From positions 560,412-624,411 of the forward strand of contig JAKAJD010000001.1 in assembly GCA_021813945.1 (NCBI GenBank): DNA of 64,000 nt, given 5' to 3'. Positions 50,001 to 59,098 of this stretch are shown here, in pieces (the first letter of the stretch is position 1; every line of letters begins with the position of its first letter). The notes below the pieces were generated by a model, which ran no database searches, was not told the origin of the DNA, and saw only the letters and a program-made list of their open reading frames with translations. The position numbers were made by a program, and so were the translations under genes. The stretch comes from a bacterium. GTDB taxonomy: Bacteria > Patescibacteriota > Microgenomatia > Curtissbacterales > GWA2-41-24.

Positions 50001-52386
50001 TTGAAGAAGTTCCGCTGTTTTGCGTAATAACCACTATTGCATCATTGACCCCAAAAGTTGCCGAAACACCAATATTGGCTGTTTCGCCGACTTTATATAA
50101 GTTTTTTGAGGAAGTTAAAGTTATTGCGTCTTGTGGCTTGTTATAGGTGTATTGCTGCACTTCTCCTACATAAACCTGCGCCCGGCCCGTTACCGTATTT
50201 CCCCTAGAATCACCCGCTTGCGCAGCAACTTCATAGCTTCCTTTGCCAAGATTAGCAAAGGCAAATGAAGCAGTTCCGTCTGCACCGGAAACGGCGTTCT
50301 GGCTGGCAATCAGTTGCTTATCGCTGTAACTTACAACCTTATAAAGGGAAATCACCAAAGGTTTTGCCGCTACTACCTTTCTTGGAGTGTTGTGGTCCAA
50401 AACCGCTATATTGCCGCTTATTCCCTTTTCTGTATCGCCGCTTAAATTATCAACAAAAAGCGCAAATTCACCTCTGTGAATAAGCTTTGCTATTTTGCCA
50501 AATGAAGGGGTTGCGCCAATATTGGGTGTCACCTCAAGCGTTGCTATCTGGCTTAGCTCAAATTTGTCGGCAAGCTTAGTTGAAAATGTGATCTGTGCTG
50601 TCCCTTTTTCGTCAAATTTCCCATTTCCCGTTATAAGCTCTTGGCCTGCACCGTAATAACCGCTTACAACTCCGCCAACATCCTCGGCCGTTCTGTCTTT
50701 TATTTCTGTAAAATCCGTCAAAAGGACCCTGTAGGTGAATTCGATATTGGAAAGCGGTTGGCCAAAATTAGTCTTGGCAGTGACATTAACATGCGAGTCG
50801 TCACCGCTCACATACTCTTTTTCCAAAGCTGTTGCCGAAATGTCCATATCGGGCTTTCTGTAAGCCTGAACCGACAAGGGCAGCGAATCGATTTGCTGAT
50901 AATCTCCTTTATCATTTTTTACAGAAAGAATTATCTGCGGATAATTCCCCTCAACCATCGAGGGCAAATCTATGTCGGCATAAACGGTGCCGTTTTCGTC
51001 TGCCTCCAAGGCTGTGTAATTATCTTGGTCTTGCAAATTGTAATCGAGCTGAAGTTTGGCAAAGAAAGCTCCCTTGGCAACGCTAAAATCACCATTTTCC
51101 CTCTTTCTTAAAACTGCCTTATAGTGAACTTTATCTCCGGCCCGATAAACCGGCCTGTCAGAATAAGAAAAGACCTGATAATTTGCTCGGCCATATTGTG
51201 CATAATAGTAAACCTTCGTAAAAGTGACCGCTATGTCGCCATTGGAATGGGTTATCACAAAGTCCACGGCATCCTCACCATGCGCGCTTTTGGCAATTCC
51301 ATCTGCGCCCGTGGTAACCTTATCGACCAAAACCGGTGGCCCTTTAACCTTATACAATTCTGCTTCGACTCCGCTTATACTTTTGCCGGTATTTTGCTCA
51401 GACGCCCAAACGTAGGTGTTGTTTGCATCGTTAAACACCTGATTGATGTGCCCAGATGCAACCACGAACAAATCTTCACTCCAGCTATCGTTTTCTAGTT
51501 TTACGTAATATATGCCGGGCTTGGGAAAGTTATCTGCAGGTAGACTTAGGTTGTACGAATTAGCTCCACTACTTTGCTTTATAACACGCTGCATTTGCTT
51601 CATTGCCAAACTTGCCGCATCCTCAAAATAATAAAGGGAATTTTTGCCTCCCTTGTAGCTAAAATATTCAATCAGTTGCTTTTCATTTGCTTGGCCTATG
51701 CTTACATTTACCGACGTTCCAATATAGGAATTCATGCTATTTTCCCCGCCGCTGGAATAGCTATTAAACGAAACCTCAACAGGTTTGGCAGAATCTGTGG
51801 CAATCAACTTCTTGTTTGTTTGTAGTGTAAAATCCGGATTTTGCTTTGTCCTGAAGGCAACTGTAATATCTTCCGGCAATTTCTGTTTATCGGTAGAATA
51901 GAAACTTTTATCAATAGTTATCGTATAAACCGAGTTGTAGGAAAAGTTGGCCGGCAAACCGTCTGATTTTGTTTTGTTGGATGAAAAATAAACGACTTGG
52001 CCATTTTTTTCTAAATGCCATGATCCGGAAACTTCGGGGGTCAAATGGAAATAATTGCCAAGATTTGCTTCGGTTACACCGATCGGTTTGGAAAAAACAA
52101 AGGTCGGCTGCCCTACAACCGCAAATGAATCGCTTTGGTCTTCAGGTGAACTTTCCTTGAGTTCGAATTTTTGGGCTAGGGTCTTATGGCTTTTTTTCGC
52201 CAATCTGCTTTGGGCAAACCATAAACCGCCTCCCAAAAGGCCCAAAAACACCAATATTAAAACTAACAGTTTAATGTGCTTTCGAATTTTAGAAAAAAGC
52301 CTGGAAATTTTACTTTTCGACTGGGGCACCTCCACCGCCGGTCCGGAAATCGGCGGGGGCGGATCAACAGGCAGGCTGGGGTCCAT
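47026..52386 (-). CDS. Alpha-2-macroglobulin family protein with embedded Hint domain, no CxEQ thioester motif
   Basis: N-terminal TM and Ig-like domain; YSDRPVYRAGDKV (MG2), YRKPD, DKQIYKPGD, VIDASIL, RENFADTAYWNP, LPDNLTTF. Confidence 0.9.
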   Translation of the reverse strand: MDPSLPVDPPPPISGPAVEVPQSKSKISRLFSKIRKHIKLLVLILVFLGLLGGGLWFAQSRLAKKSHKTLAQKFELKESSPEDQSDSFAVVGQPTFVFSKPIGVTEANLGNYFHLTPEVSGSWHLEKNGQVVYFSSNKTKSDGLPANFSYNSVYTITIDKSFYSTDKQKLPEDITVAFRTKQNPDFTLQTNKKLIATDSAKPVEVSFNSYSSGGENSMNSYIGTSVNVSIGQANEKQLIEYFSYKGGKNSLYYFEDAASLAMKQMQRVIKQSSGANSYNLSLPADNFPKPGIYYVKLENDSWSEDLFVVASGHINQVFNDANNTYVWASEQNTGKSISGVEAELYKVKGPPVLVDKVTTGADGIAKSAHGEDAVDFVITHSNGDIAVTFTKVYYYAQYGRANYQVFSYSDRPVYRAGDKVHYKAVLRKRENGDFSVAKGAFFAKLQLDYNLQDQDNYTALEADENGTVYADIDLPSMVEGNYPQIILSVKNDKGDYQQIDSLPLSVQAYRKPDMDISATALEKEYVSGDDSHVNVTAKTNFGQPLSNIEFTYRVLLTDFTEIKDRTAEDVGGVVSGYYGAGQELITGNGKFDEKGTAQITFSTKLADKFELSQIATLEVTPNIGATPSFGKIAKLIHRGEFALFVDNLSGDTEKGISGNIAVLDHNTPRKVVAAKPLVISLYKVVSYSDKQLIASQNAVSGADGTASFAFANLGKGSYEVAAQAGDSRGNTVTGRAQVYVGEVQQYTYNKPQDAITLTSSKNLYKVGETANIGVSATFGVNDAIVVITQNSGTSSNIVSLSKNNLGSGSWNLPIEIVESFGRGIGVDVFTVNAGQVISNHINLLVDKGSRKLTTKIAFDKQIYKPGDSVSAAITTQDEAGNPVSADNSLSVIDASILQIGQFNENIYDNFYNYTPTSAVSSFSSTTGVEAFMGGGGGGCFLAGTKILMEDGTARNIEDIRIGDKIKTRSSERLSSLVPDTVSKTFRHAVSDYLTINGTLNVTWVHRIFLNNAWHEAGEAEIGDTLLDENGNSVKIISIEKHVGQFVVYNLTTFEYHTFFANGFYVHNEKGMGPRENFADTAYWNPHLQTDASGRATVTFKLPDNLTTFTAQVFSNTKNSQFGQTTGEFISQKGINIIPVVSNFYYQADQPVVSALVQNSTQQDVEADVSLTIKEIGFSKSQPLKVASSGFGEVKFPLDAGRQSKDLSFTFEAKDKQGNTLDSVSSKRPILPQGNINSFWQSFEGSKKISYEASYPDLDFNKMDMWVAPNVVSALFHNNYPTFGYDSSEVGRNLYVYSNAMAMTRDGLVSPTSYQYAKLRNSFLETVSHLLEIRSGDHWNVNANYSQESQQVVNLWLAAGLDQAAGLHMIDEVSNMPSVVEATKQYVKSLNGKANKPISNLNIANLPQGLAQNFEVQVGSGTPEEKIARQWVLGDEVSDPIYKNTPESVAIRAMNGDKAALSTLRNLALNSADDRYVWDGDTQFASVLPALAMIEKGTNEDANRAIKGLSFSQAGYSQSLFSLLAGLMYAQRNNLYIEEPKISVAVNGKTVYEAKQDKEYNQFGKTILAKNYKDGKVSVEVKTSGDIPVYTTILETNYDQKQVPPDSGNKAFSFNSVKKSLSLKNESIASEAKVIDINLKRSFKDLSTGDTVSSVEMGKSGAVVISGNNIFSKYQTPTGKNHNNYVYSYLMEDAISPSFIYLNQENSYSSSSQYQSAISKIFPGDNAYSGSAVLPSDYSDEAVFFGGVVPAVSLVFPYVVYNVSGGTYYQPKTSIVFPVLGLVAPEE
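49186..49572 (-). other. Hint domain (BIL/pretoxin-Hint-like, 129 aa) within A2M bait region
   Basis: CFLAGTKI (block A), IEDIRIGD, TWVH (block B TxxH), VYNL (block F), HTFFANGFYVHN (block G); +1 residue is Glu. Confidence 0.9.
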
Positions 52387-52448
52387 ATATTTATACTACC
52401 CCTAATTAGCCTGTTGTAGCAATCATTATAAACTTAAAACGAGAGAGC

Positions 52449-52781
52449 TTAAATTTCTACTTTGTCGAGGTTCTTTTTCGAGGGTCCCCTAAAAACTGCC
52501 CCCTCTGCCTTATACCTGGAACCATGGCAAGGGCAATCCCAAGTCTTTTCTTTACCGTTCCAATCAACCACACACCCCAGGTGCTTACAAACAGGTGACA
52601 AAGTGACCATCTTACCCTGTTCGGATTTAAAAGCGGCAACCTTTTTCCCGCCAACTTCCACGATTGCACCTTCTCCGTTTTTTAGCGAATCTATGGTTTT
52701 ATTAGTTTTTTTGAACCTGCCCTCAAGAAAACGCTTCGGATAAAGTACGCTTTGCGAAACCTGTTTTCCTATATCCGTCAT
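52449..52781 (-). CDS. Stand-alone Rieske 2Fe-2S protein
   Basis: CKHLGC and WDCPCHGSRY motifs. Start ATG 52781 follows TATCAT. Confidence 0.9.
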   Translation of the reverse strand: MTDIGKQVSQSVLYPKRFLEGRFKKTNKTIDSLKNGEGAIVEVGGKKVAAFKSEQGKMVTLSPVCKHLGCVVDWNGKEKTWDCPCHGSRYKAEGAVFRGPSKKNLDKVEI

Positions 52782-52810
52782 TATTAGATGATACAACACA
52801 AGGCTCAAAT

Positions 52811-54397
52811 CTACATCTTCTCCGGCGCGGAGATACCTAGGAGTCCTAAAGTATTTTCCAGGGCAATTTTTGTGGCGGTTATAAGCGCAATTCTCGCTTC
52901 CTCAACTTCTTTTTTCTCCCCTACGACCCTGCAGTTTTCGTAAAATTTATGGAAAGAATCTGCAAGGGATATCGCATATGTTGTCAGCTGGTTTACAGCA
53001 AAATTTCTAGAAATATCTTCAACTAACTCTGGCAACTTTGTAATCTGTTTGATTAAGTTGAGTTCATATTCAGTAGCCAATAGTTCGTAATTCACATTTG
53101 ATTTTTGATCTTTGACTTTTGACTTCGCAAGAATCGAGCAGATTCTTGCGTGTGCGTACTGCACATAATAAACCGGGTTTTTCGCTGATTTTTCCTTTGC
53201 CAAATCCAAATCAAAATCAATAGGACTGTTTGCATCATGCATCAGAATAAAAAACCGTAGTGCATCGCGGCCGATTTCATCCAGAACCTCCCTTGCAGTC
53301 ACAAAAGTCCCCGCACGCTTGCTCATTTTGACTAGTTCTCCGCCGCGTTTGAACCTTACCCACTGGTACAAAATTACATGGAAACGCGAAACATCATAAC
53401 CAAGCACCTTGATAACCGCCTGCAGCCTCGGCACATGACCATGGTGGTTTGCCCCTAAAATATCGATAACCAAATCGGGATCTTTTGAAAACTTAAGGTT
53501 GTGATAAGCAATATCATTGGCAAAATACGTATAATCGCCACCTGACTTTTTGACTACCGTTTCCCTATCTTTCAAAAACTCATCGCTTGGCGCAAACCAA
53601 ACCGCCCCCTCTTTTTTCTTCAAGAATCCTTTAACCTCAAGTTCGCTAATGGCTTTTTCTGTCTTTCCGGAATCTGTTAATTCGCTTTCAGAATAAACCT
53701 CATCGAATTTAATTCCAATTGCGCTACAGTCGGAAAGAATTTCTTTAAGAAGAACCTCAACCGCCTTCTTTCCTGCCTCTTTTGAGTCTGCAGTCTTCGA
53801 AACGTTCGTCGCCAAATCCCTAACATATTCCCCTTTATATTCCTGATCTTCCAGCTTTTTACCATTGGCAACATTGACGATCGATTCTCCCAGTTTTTCA
53901 ATCTGCCCACCTAAATCATTGTGATAATATTCCCGAATTACTTTGTAGCCGGAAAATTCTAAAACCGAAGCTAAAACGTCGCCGATCGGGCCCCCTCGCG
54001 CATTCCCAAAGTGCAACGGTCCGGTCGGGTTTGCGCTCACAAATTCCACTCTGGCTTTTTTGCCCTTGTTTAGGTCATTCGACCCATACTGATCACCCTG
54101 TTTGAGTACTTTTTCTACCTCATTTGCTAAAAACTGCGGTTTTACGAAGAAATTCAAAAAACCAGGTTCCTTAACCTCTAGTTTTTCGATGTATGCCTGA
54201 TCTTTCAAACTATCAGCCAGTATTTTAGCAAACCCCATTGGCGATTGCTTAACCTCGTGGCTAACTTTAAGAGCCATATTTGTGGAATAATCGCCATTTT
54301 TTGGGTCAGCCGGCCTGGTTAACTCAAGCTTTTGTGCTTTTACACCTAACTTGTGGGAAGCTTTAAGGACATCGTCCCTAACCAGATCACGAATCAT
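52811..54397 (-). CDS. argS: Arginine--tRNA ligase
   Basis: GDYSTN, EFVSANPTGPLHFGNAR, GANHHGH, KMSKRAG, NPVYYVQYAHARI, APEKM. Confidence 0.97.
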   Translation of the reverse strand: MIRDLVRDDVLKASHKLGVKAQKLELTRPADPKNGDYSTNMALKVSHEVKQSPMGFAKILADSLKDQAYIEKLEVKEPGFLNFFVKPQFLANEVEKVLKQGDQYGSNDLNKGKKARVEFVSANPTGPLHFGNARGGPIGDVLASVLEFSGYKVIREYYHNDLGGQIEKLGESIVNVANGKKLEDQEYKGEYVRDLATNVSKTADSKEAGKKAVEVLLKEILSDCSAIGIKFDEVYSESELTDSGKTEKAISELEVKGFLKKKEGAVWFAPSDEFLKDRETVVKKSGGDYTYFANDIAYHNLKFSKDPDLVIDILGANHHGHVPRLQAVIKVLGYDVSRFHVILYQWVRFKRGGELVKMSKRAGTFVTAREVLDEIGRDALRFFILMHDANSPIDFDLDLAKEKSAKNPVYYVQYAHARICSILAKSKVKDQKSNVNYELLATEYELNLIKQITKLPELVEDISRNFAVNQLTTYAISLADSFHKFYENCRVVGEKKEVEEARIALITATKIALENTLGLLGISAPEKM

Positions 54398-54467
54398 GAC
54401 CTAATTTTCAAGCCAAGACCACCTAAAAGTCAAACTCTAATCGCCTTAGCGGGAAAGAAATAGAAGG

Positions 54468-55703
54468 TTATTGGCAAGTCTTGCCAATGTAGGAATGAAC
54501 CTTTTGTGCGTCTTGTGCGCTGATTACCCCGTTGCCGTCCATGTCATATCGTGCATTGTAATTCTTGTTTGCATAAGCCTGAAATACAAGCTGGGATTCG
54601 GCGTAGGTCACCGTACCGTCCCCATTAAGGTCAGGTGGCCAGGCATTGATTCCAAATGGTGTCCTGCAACTGTAATTAGGATCTACCCCCATCACATTTT
54701 CGGCAGCGTTTGTAAAGCCGTCGACATCCGAATCGTAAGTTGCAGGCTCAATAGTAATACTGTCGGAAACCCCAGTATCGGTCTGTGCATTCGTTAACGA
54801 AGATGCAGCATAAACTTTCCCCTTATAAATACCAAATGGCTGGCCAGCCCCTGCTTTTACGTATATTGGAATCGTCTCCCCTGGTGCAATGCTACCCTCG
54901 GAAGGCGAAAACGTTATTCCTAAAGAACTGGTTGGCGCATAAAGCGAAAACCTTGTCGCGCCGGTACTTGTTAGATAAATTGCTTTTTTGCCTACCCCAC
55001 CCGCGGCCATTTTCAATCCAAAATATGTAGTTGAAAAACTTAGACCCAAACCCGGCGCTGGCGTTGGGGTCGGCATCGGTGTTGGTGGAGGGGTTGGGGT
55101 AGATCCGTCGGATATTGTAACTTTCAATTGGCTTGCTCCACCGTTCACATTTCCATTTACATCCTGGACTCTCAAACCTACAGTGTAAGTTCCGGCTGGA
55201 ATATTTGTTGCCGTTAGAGCCCTGCTGTAAGGCGTGGAACCTGAAGAGTGGGTATTTTTGTCCCAAACTATCTGGTAATTGTTGCCAGGGTTTGAAGATT
55301 CCGAAATATCATATGTAAAAGTTCCGCAATTGTTATTCAAATCATCGTAAGTGGGTGCTGCAGGCTGTGTATAATTTGAATTTGCGCACCAATCTGCTTT
55401 CCCCCAATTATTCCCCACTGCCAACTGCGGATTCAGAAGATAGTAGCGCACATTGTCAACCTGCACCCCATTTGCACCTTCAACGCCTGTGGCAGTCAAT
55501 GTAAACGAACCGCCGTTAAAACCGGAAGTAGGATTAACGGTCAAATTACCCAAAGGTATAGGAGAAGCAGCTTTCGCAAGCCTTTCATTTCTGGTGACAA
55601 AAAACACAATTGCTCCGGAAACCGCAAGAACCAGAAGAATAATAAGAATGTGGACGAATCCCTTGTTTTGACGCACTAATCCATTATGTGACGAAGCGAA
55701 CAC
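54468..55703 (-). CDS. Membrane-anchored protein with prepilin-like leader and C-terminal dockerin/EF-hand-like tail
   Basis: KG|FVHILIILL N-terminus; PTP linker; DSDVDG, WPPDLNGDG, YDMDGNGVISAQD. Confidence 0.75.
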   Translation of the reverse strand: MFASSHNGLVRQNKGFVHILIILLVLAVSGAIVFFVTRNERLAKAASPIPLGNLTVNPTSGFNGGSFTLTATGVEGANGVQVDNVRYYLLNPQLAVGNNWGKADWCANSNYTQPAAPTYDDLNNNCGTFTYDISESSNPGNNYQIVWDKNTHSSGSTPYSRALTATNIPAGTYTVGLRVQDVNGNVNGGASQLKVTISDGSTPTPPPTPMPTPTPAPGLGLSFSTTYFGLKMAAGGVGKKAIYLTSTGATRFSLYAPTSSLGITFSPSEGSIAPGETIPIYVKAGAGQPFGIYKGKVYAASSLTNAQTDTGVSDSITIEPATYDSDVDGFTNAAENVMGVDPNYSCRTPFGINAWPPDLNGDGTVTYAESQLVFQAYANKNYNARYDMDGNGVISAQDAQKVHSYIGKTCQ

Positions 55704-55921
55704 TAAATGTCAATGGGGTTTATCCTGTCAGATTGTAGATTTTCAAAAGATACAAAAGGCCAAGCATACAAAGGGTCAAAATCGGTATGGAACAAACAAT
55801 TACAATTAAGTAATCGAAAAGGCTTTTATGGTCAAACGGCCGGTTTAGCCGCTGCTTTAAATTAGAATAGCGCCTGCTGGGCATATTAAAATATTACTAT
55901 TACTTTTGGGATTTTACAAAG

Positions 55922-58900
55922 CTAATTACAATTACTTCCACCGTTTTTGAAAATGGCAAATTCAAGTTGGGCATCATTAGCACCGACTACCCCATCAGGC
56001 GGGCCGACTTTCCAAAATTGGTTTACCGGATCAACAGGGTTGGGCGTCCTGTCGTAAAACATCCCGTCGGTAAAGTTAGGATCGTTTGTTAAACCCATTT
56101 TATAACCGTAATGTGAATCGTAGGATATCCCATTCTTTACCTGCATTCCTGCCTTTGCCCCAGCCTTATAGTAGGTAAATATAGCCTGTGCATCAGCAGC
56201 ACCTATATTGTGATCCATTTTTGGCCTTCCGGGATCTCCAACAGGTAGATTCCAATTTGTCGAAGTTATTGCAGGCACGGGCACGTCCCAAAAATCCCAC
56301 CTGTTTTCCGGATCGCGCTGTCCGCCTTTTTTCCAGTCCGAACCCAATTCCTTTACATCAGGACATCCGTCAGAGTCTGTATCGACTGAAGCAACAAAAG
56401 GATCTGTCTCAAAAAAGCTTGGTCCTCCGGCGTCCCCACTGGACGGAACGATAATCGGTGGGTAAAAAAGATACGTATTGCCATTTGACTGGTCACAAGT
56501 AAAGGCGCAAACCAAGAAGTTATAGTTGGTGTTGGGAGTAAGCCCAACAAAGCGCAAGCTGTAAGCAGGACCGTTAGCATCGTAGAGATCCTGCGCCAGG
56601 CATTGCCCCCCCGCCGCGGCGGCTGCCATACAATCGCTGTACCCTGCGGTATATATTAGCGCACGGTAATTCCAACCCCATCCATTGCTGTAGCTTCCAT
56701 CAGCGAATGCAAGCGCCGATTTTGTACCTGAGATGTTATACCCGGTTTCGTTTCCTACTCTCACTGAATATAAAATCGGCTCATACCCAACAAAAGAAAA
56801 CATAGGTATCGTACATCTCGTGTCATTATTTGTTGAACAGCTTCTAAAATAATTCTCCGATTGTCCCAAGTCGTTGTAAATTCTAATCGTATGGTTTGTG
56901 TTGGAAAAATCAGTTGTGTACAAAAATCCTGAAAAATTAACTCCCGTCGGCAAACCTCTGAACATAAAGCTTGTGTCATCCTGAATGGACTCGAAGCTTC
57001 TTACACAACCCACTTTAAGCCCCGGTATTTGCATCCTTAGGCATGGATCAATATCCGTCCCTTTTTCAAAAATAATTCCTTTATAAGTTACTTTTGGCCA
57101 CGAGATCGTTGTAGTACAAGTGTTTGGCCCGTTACAGTTTGTAGAAGCATCCGTCTCCCCTTTCCACGAATAAGCATGAATTTGAGTATGAGTCGGATCG
57201 TTATCATCTAAGGTGATAATCGAAACGCGGTAAGTGTATGTATAACCAAGCGAGGAAGAGCCCACATTGAGGGTAAGCGATGTGTCCGTAGTATCGATTG
57301 GCGGGCAAAGATTATCAGGTGAAATTCCCATACAATCTCCACTCCACTGATTCCAATCACCCGTACAATAAGGCCCCGTACATTTAACGTCTACCAAATA
57401 ATGCATCTTCGGCCATGTCATGTCCTTTTTCTGCCCCATGGCCACCAGATAACCGGTTCCCCGACCCCAGCTGACATTAGCAGTGGCACTACCGGACGCC
57501 TTGGGACCAAACTCAATCGCCAGTGTTGCCGAATTAAAGGTATGGCTAATACCCTTGAAGGTAATTCCGTTATAAGGATCGGTAACATTTTGTCCGTCTC
57601 TCAAATAACCATCGTTAATATCATCAATAGTTGAAGACTTTGAAGCAGGTGTAGTATCTAAAAGATACGTCAGTCTGTAAGGGGCAACAGTCCCCGAGGC
57701 CAGCTCAATAACAGGACCTTCCGGAGGATTTGTTGTATTTGCTCTTCGATAATAAACATAATAGGCCGGACCTCCCGAAAATGTACTTACTTTTAGGACT
57801 TTTGTGGGAAAACTTGGCCCTGGGCTACTTGGCCATTCTTCATACTGCTCAAGTGTAAACGTCCCGTTTGTTGAAACATTGGCAATTTGCGTCCCCTGAA
57901 GCCAACCTAAAGATTCCTTCGCGTAAGCTCCATAATCACCGTTATCTTCATTTTGAGTACCCATAATATCATTCCTATTCCCATATTTAATTACCGTGCA
58001 ACCCTTAAAAACAAAGGCTGTACTACATTCATAACCCTGACTGTGCGCTATGTTTAAAAGGTGGCCATATTCATGCGAAAAAGCACCTAATCCCACAGAA
58101 TAGGCCCAACGAAGCCCGATAAATGCCATCCCCGGCGCACTACAGTTAGTAACCGATGGGTCAAAAATCACCATTTTATCAACTGAAGCAGGATCCGGAT
58201 TCCACGGCCACTTATATTGGTATAAAATCTCCTTCACCAAAGGAGAATCGTATGTATATATACCTGAAGGATCGTTAGAGTCCACAGAAAAATTGCAAGT
58301 CTGGTCTATATCAAGGTCCAACATATATACATTGCCTGTTATCGTAAATAAATTATTAGATGATTTTTTTAGAAAATTATTGTAGCTTGAAAAAGCATAG
58401 CTTCTTATATCTGATTCCGCCAGGCTCCTAGTCCGGTTATTTTTAAAGGAAATATAAAGCACTGCCACTTCTCTTGAACCGGTTATTTGGGAAGTTACCG
58501 CAGAAGAAAGCAAGGTTGTGTTTTGGGAAACCGGATACCAAAGCAGATTATCCACCTGGTAACCTGAAACTGTAACCTCACTACCGACGAGGCTAGCATC
58601 GATTTTGCCTTTATCTGACTCAGGAACCAAGACCACACTCGAACTTTTAATATCTTTTTGGGAAAACAATAAATCCTTTTCTTCTTCGTTATCTTTGAAA
58701 TCCGAAACCTGCCTGACAAAATAGCCTTTATGCTCGCCCTTTTTCTCTATTTGATCTTGAACTTCCACTGGATATTTGGAGACATCGTCAACAACAACAC
58801 TTCCGACTTTTGATGGATCTTCTTTAATCAGCTTTTTTAATGCGTCTTTCCTTTTTTGGGAAACTTTCTTAAGTTCGTCTAGCCTTAAACCTTTTGTCAA

Positions 58901-59098
58901 AAAGCTTGCATTTTTAAAATCATCGGATGCTTTGTCCAGCTCTCCGTTAAGCGTTTTAACTTCATCCGCGGGAGTTGGACTAGTCTTATCGGTTGCGGCA
59001 CTCGAAACCGGAATTACATTAAAAGAGTTAAAAAGTAGTGGGAGTGTAAAAATTATGGGCAAAACTTTGGCAAATAGCTTTTTTGCCCACTTTTTCAT
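55922..59098 (-). CDS. Secreted metzincin metallopeptidase (M11/M6-like) with FN3-like domains and conserved C-terminal tail
   Basis: HEYGHLLNIAHS, YG...DIMG Met-turn, K..LGWL, YYV.YR; C-terminal DTDSDGCPD.KELG...GGQRD domain. Confidence 0.8.
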   Translation of the reverse strand: MKKWAKKLFAKVLPIIFTLPLLFNSFNVIPVSSAATDKTSPTPADEVKTLNGELDKASDDFKNASFLTKGLRLDELKKVSQKRKDALKKLIKEDPSKVGSVVVDDVSKYPVEVQDQIEKKGEHKGYFVRQVSDFKDNEEEKDLLFSQKDIKSSSVVLVPESDKGKIDASLVGSEVTVSGYQVDNLLWYPVSQNTTLLSSAVTSQITGSREVAVLYISFKNNRTRSLAESDIRSYAFSSYNNFLKKSSNNLFTITGNVYMLDLDIDQTCNFSVDSNDPSGIYTYDSPLVKEILYQYKWPWNPDPASVDKMVIFDPSVTNCSAPGMAFIGLRWAYSVGLGAFSHEYGHLLNIAHSQGYECSTAFVFKGCTVIKYGNRNDIMGTQNEDNGDYGAYAKESLGWLQGTQIANVSTNGTFTLEQYEEWPSSPGPSFPTKVLKVSTFSGGPAYYVYYRRANTTNPPEGPVIELASGTVAPYRLTYLLDTTPASKSSTIDDINDGYLRDGQNVTDPYNGITFKGISHTFNSATLAIEFGPKASGSATANVSWGRGTGYLVAMGQKKDMTWPKMHYLVDVKCTGPYCTGDWNQWSGDCMGISPDNLCPPIDTTDTSLTLNVGSSSLGYTYTYRVSIITLDDNDPTHTQIHAYSWKGETDASTNCNGPNTCTTTISWPKVTYKGIIFEKGTDIDPCLRMQIPGLKVGCVRSFESIQDDTSFMFRGLPTGVNFSGFLYTTDFSNTNHTIRIYNDLGQSENYFRSCSTNNDTRCTIPMFSFVGYEPILYSVRVGNETGYNISGTKSALAFADGSYSNGWGWNYRALIYTAGYSDCMAAAAAGGQCLAQDLYDANGPAYSLRFVGLTPNTNYNFLVCAFTCDQSNGNTYLFYPPIIVPSSGDAGGPSFFETDPFVASVDTDSDGCPDVKELGSDWKKGGQRDPENRWDFWDVPVPAITSTNWNLPVGDPGRPKMDHNIGAADAQAIFTYYKAGAKAGMQVKNGISYDSHYGYKMGLTNDPNFTDGMFYDRTPNPVDPVNQFWKVGPPDGVVGANDAQLEFAIFKNGGSNCN

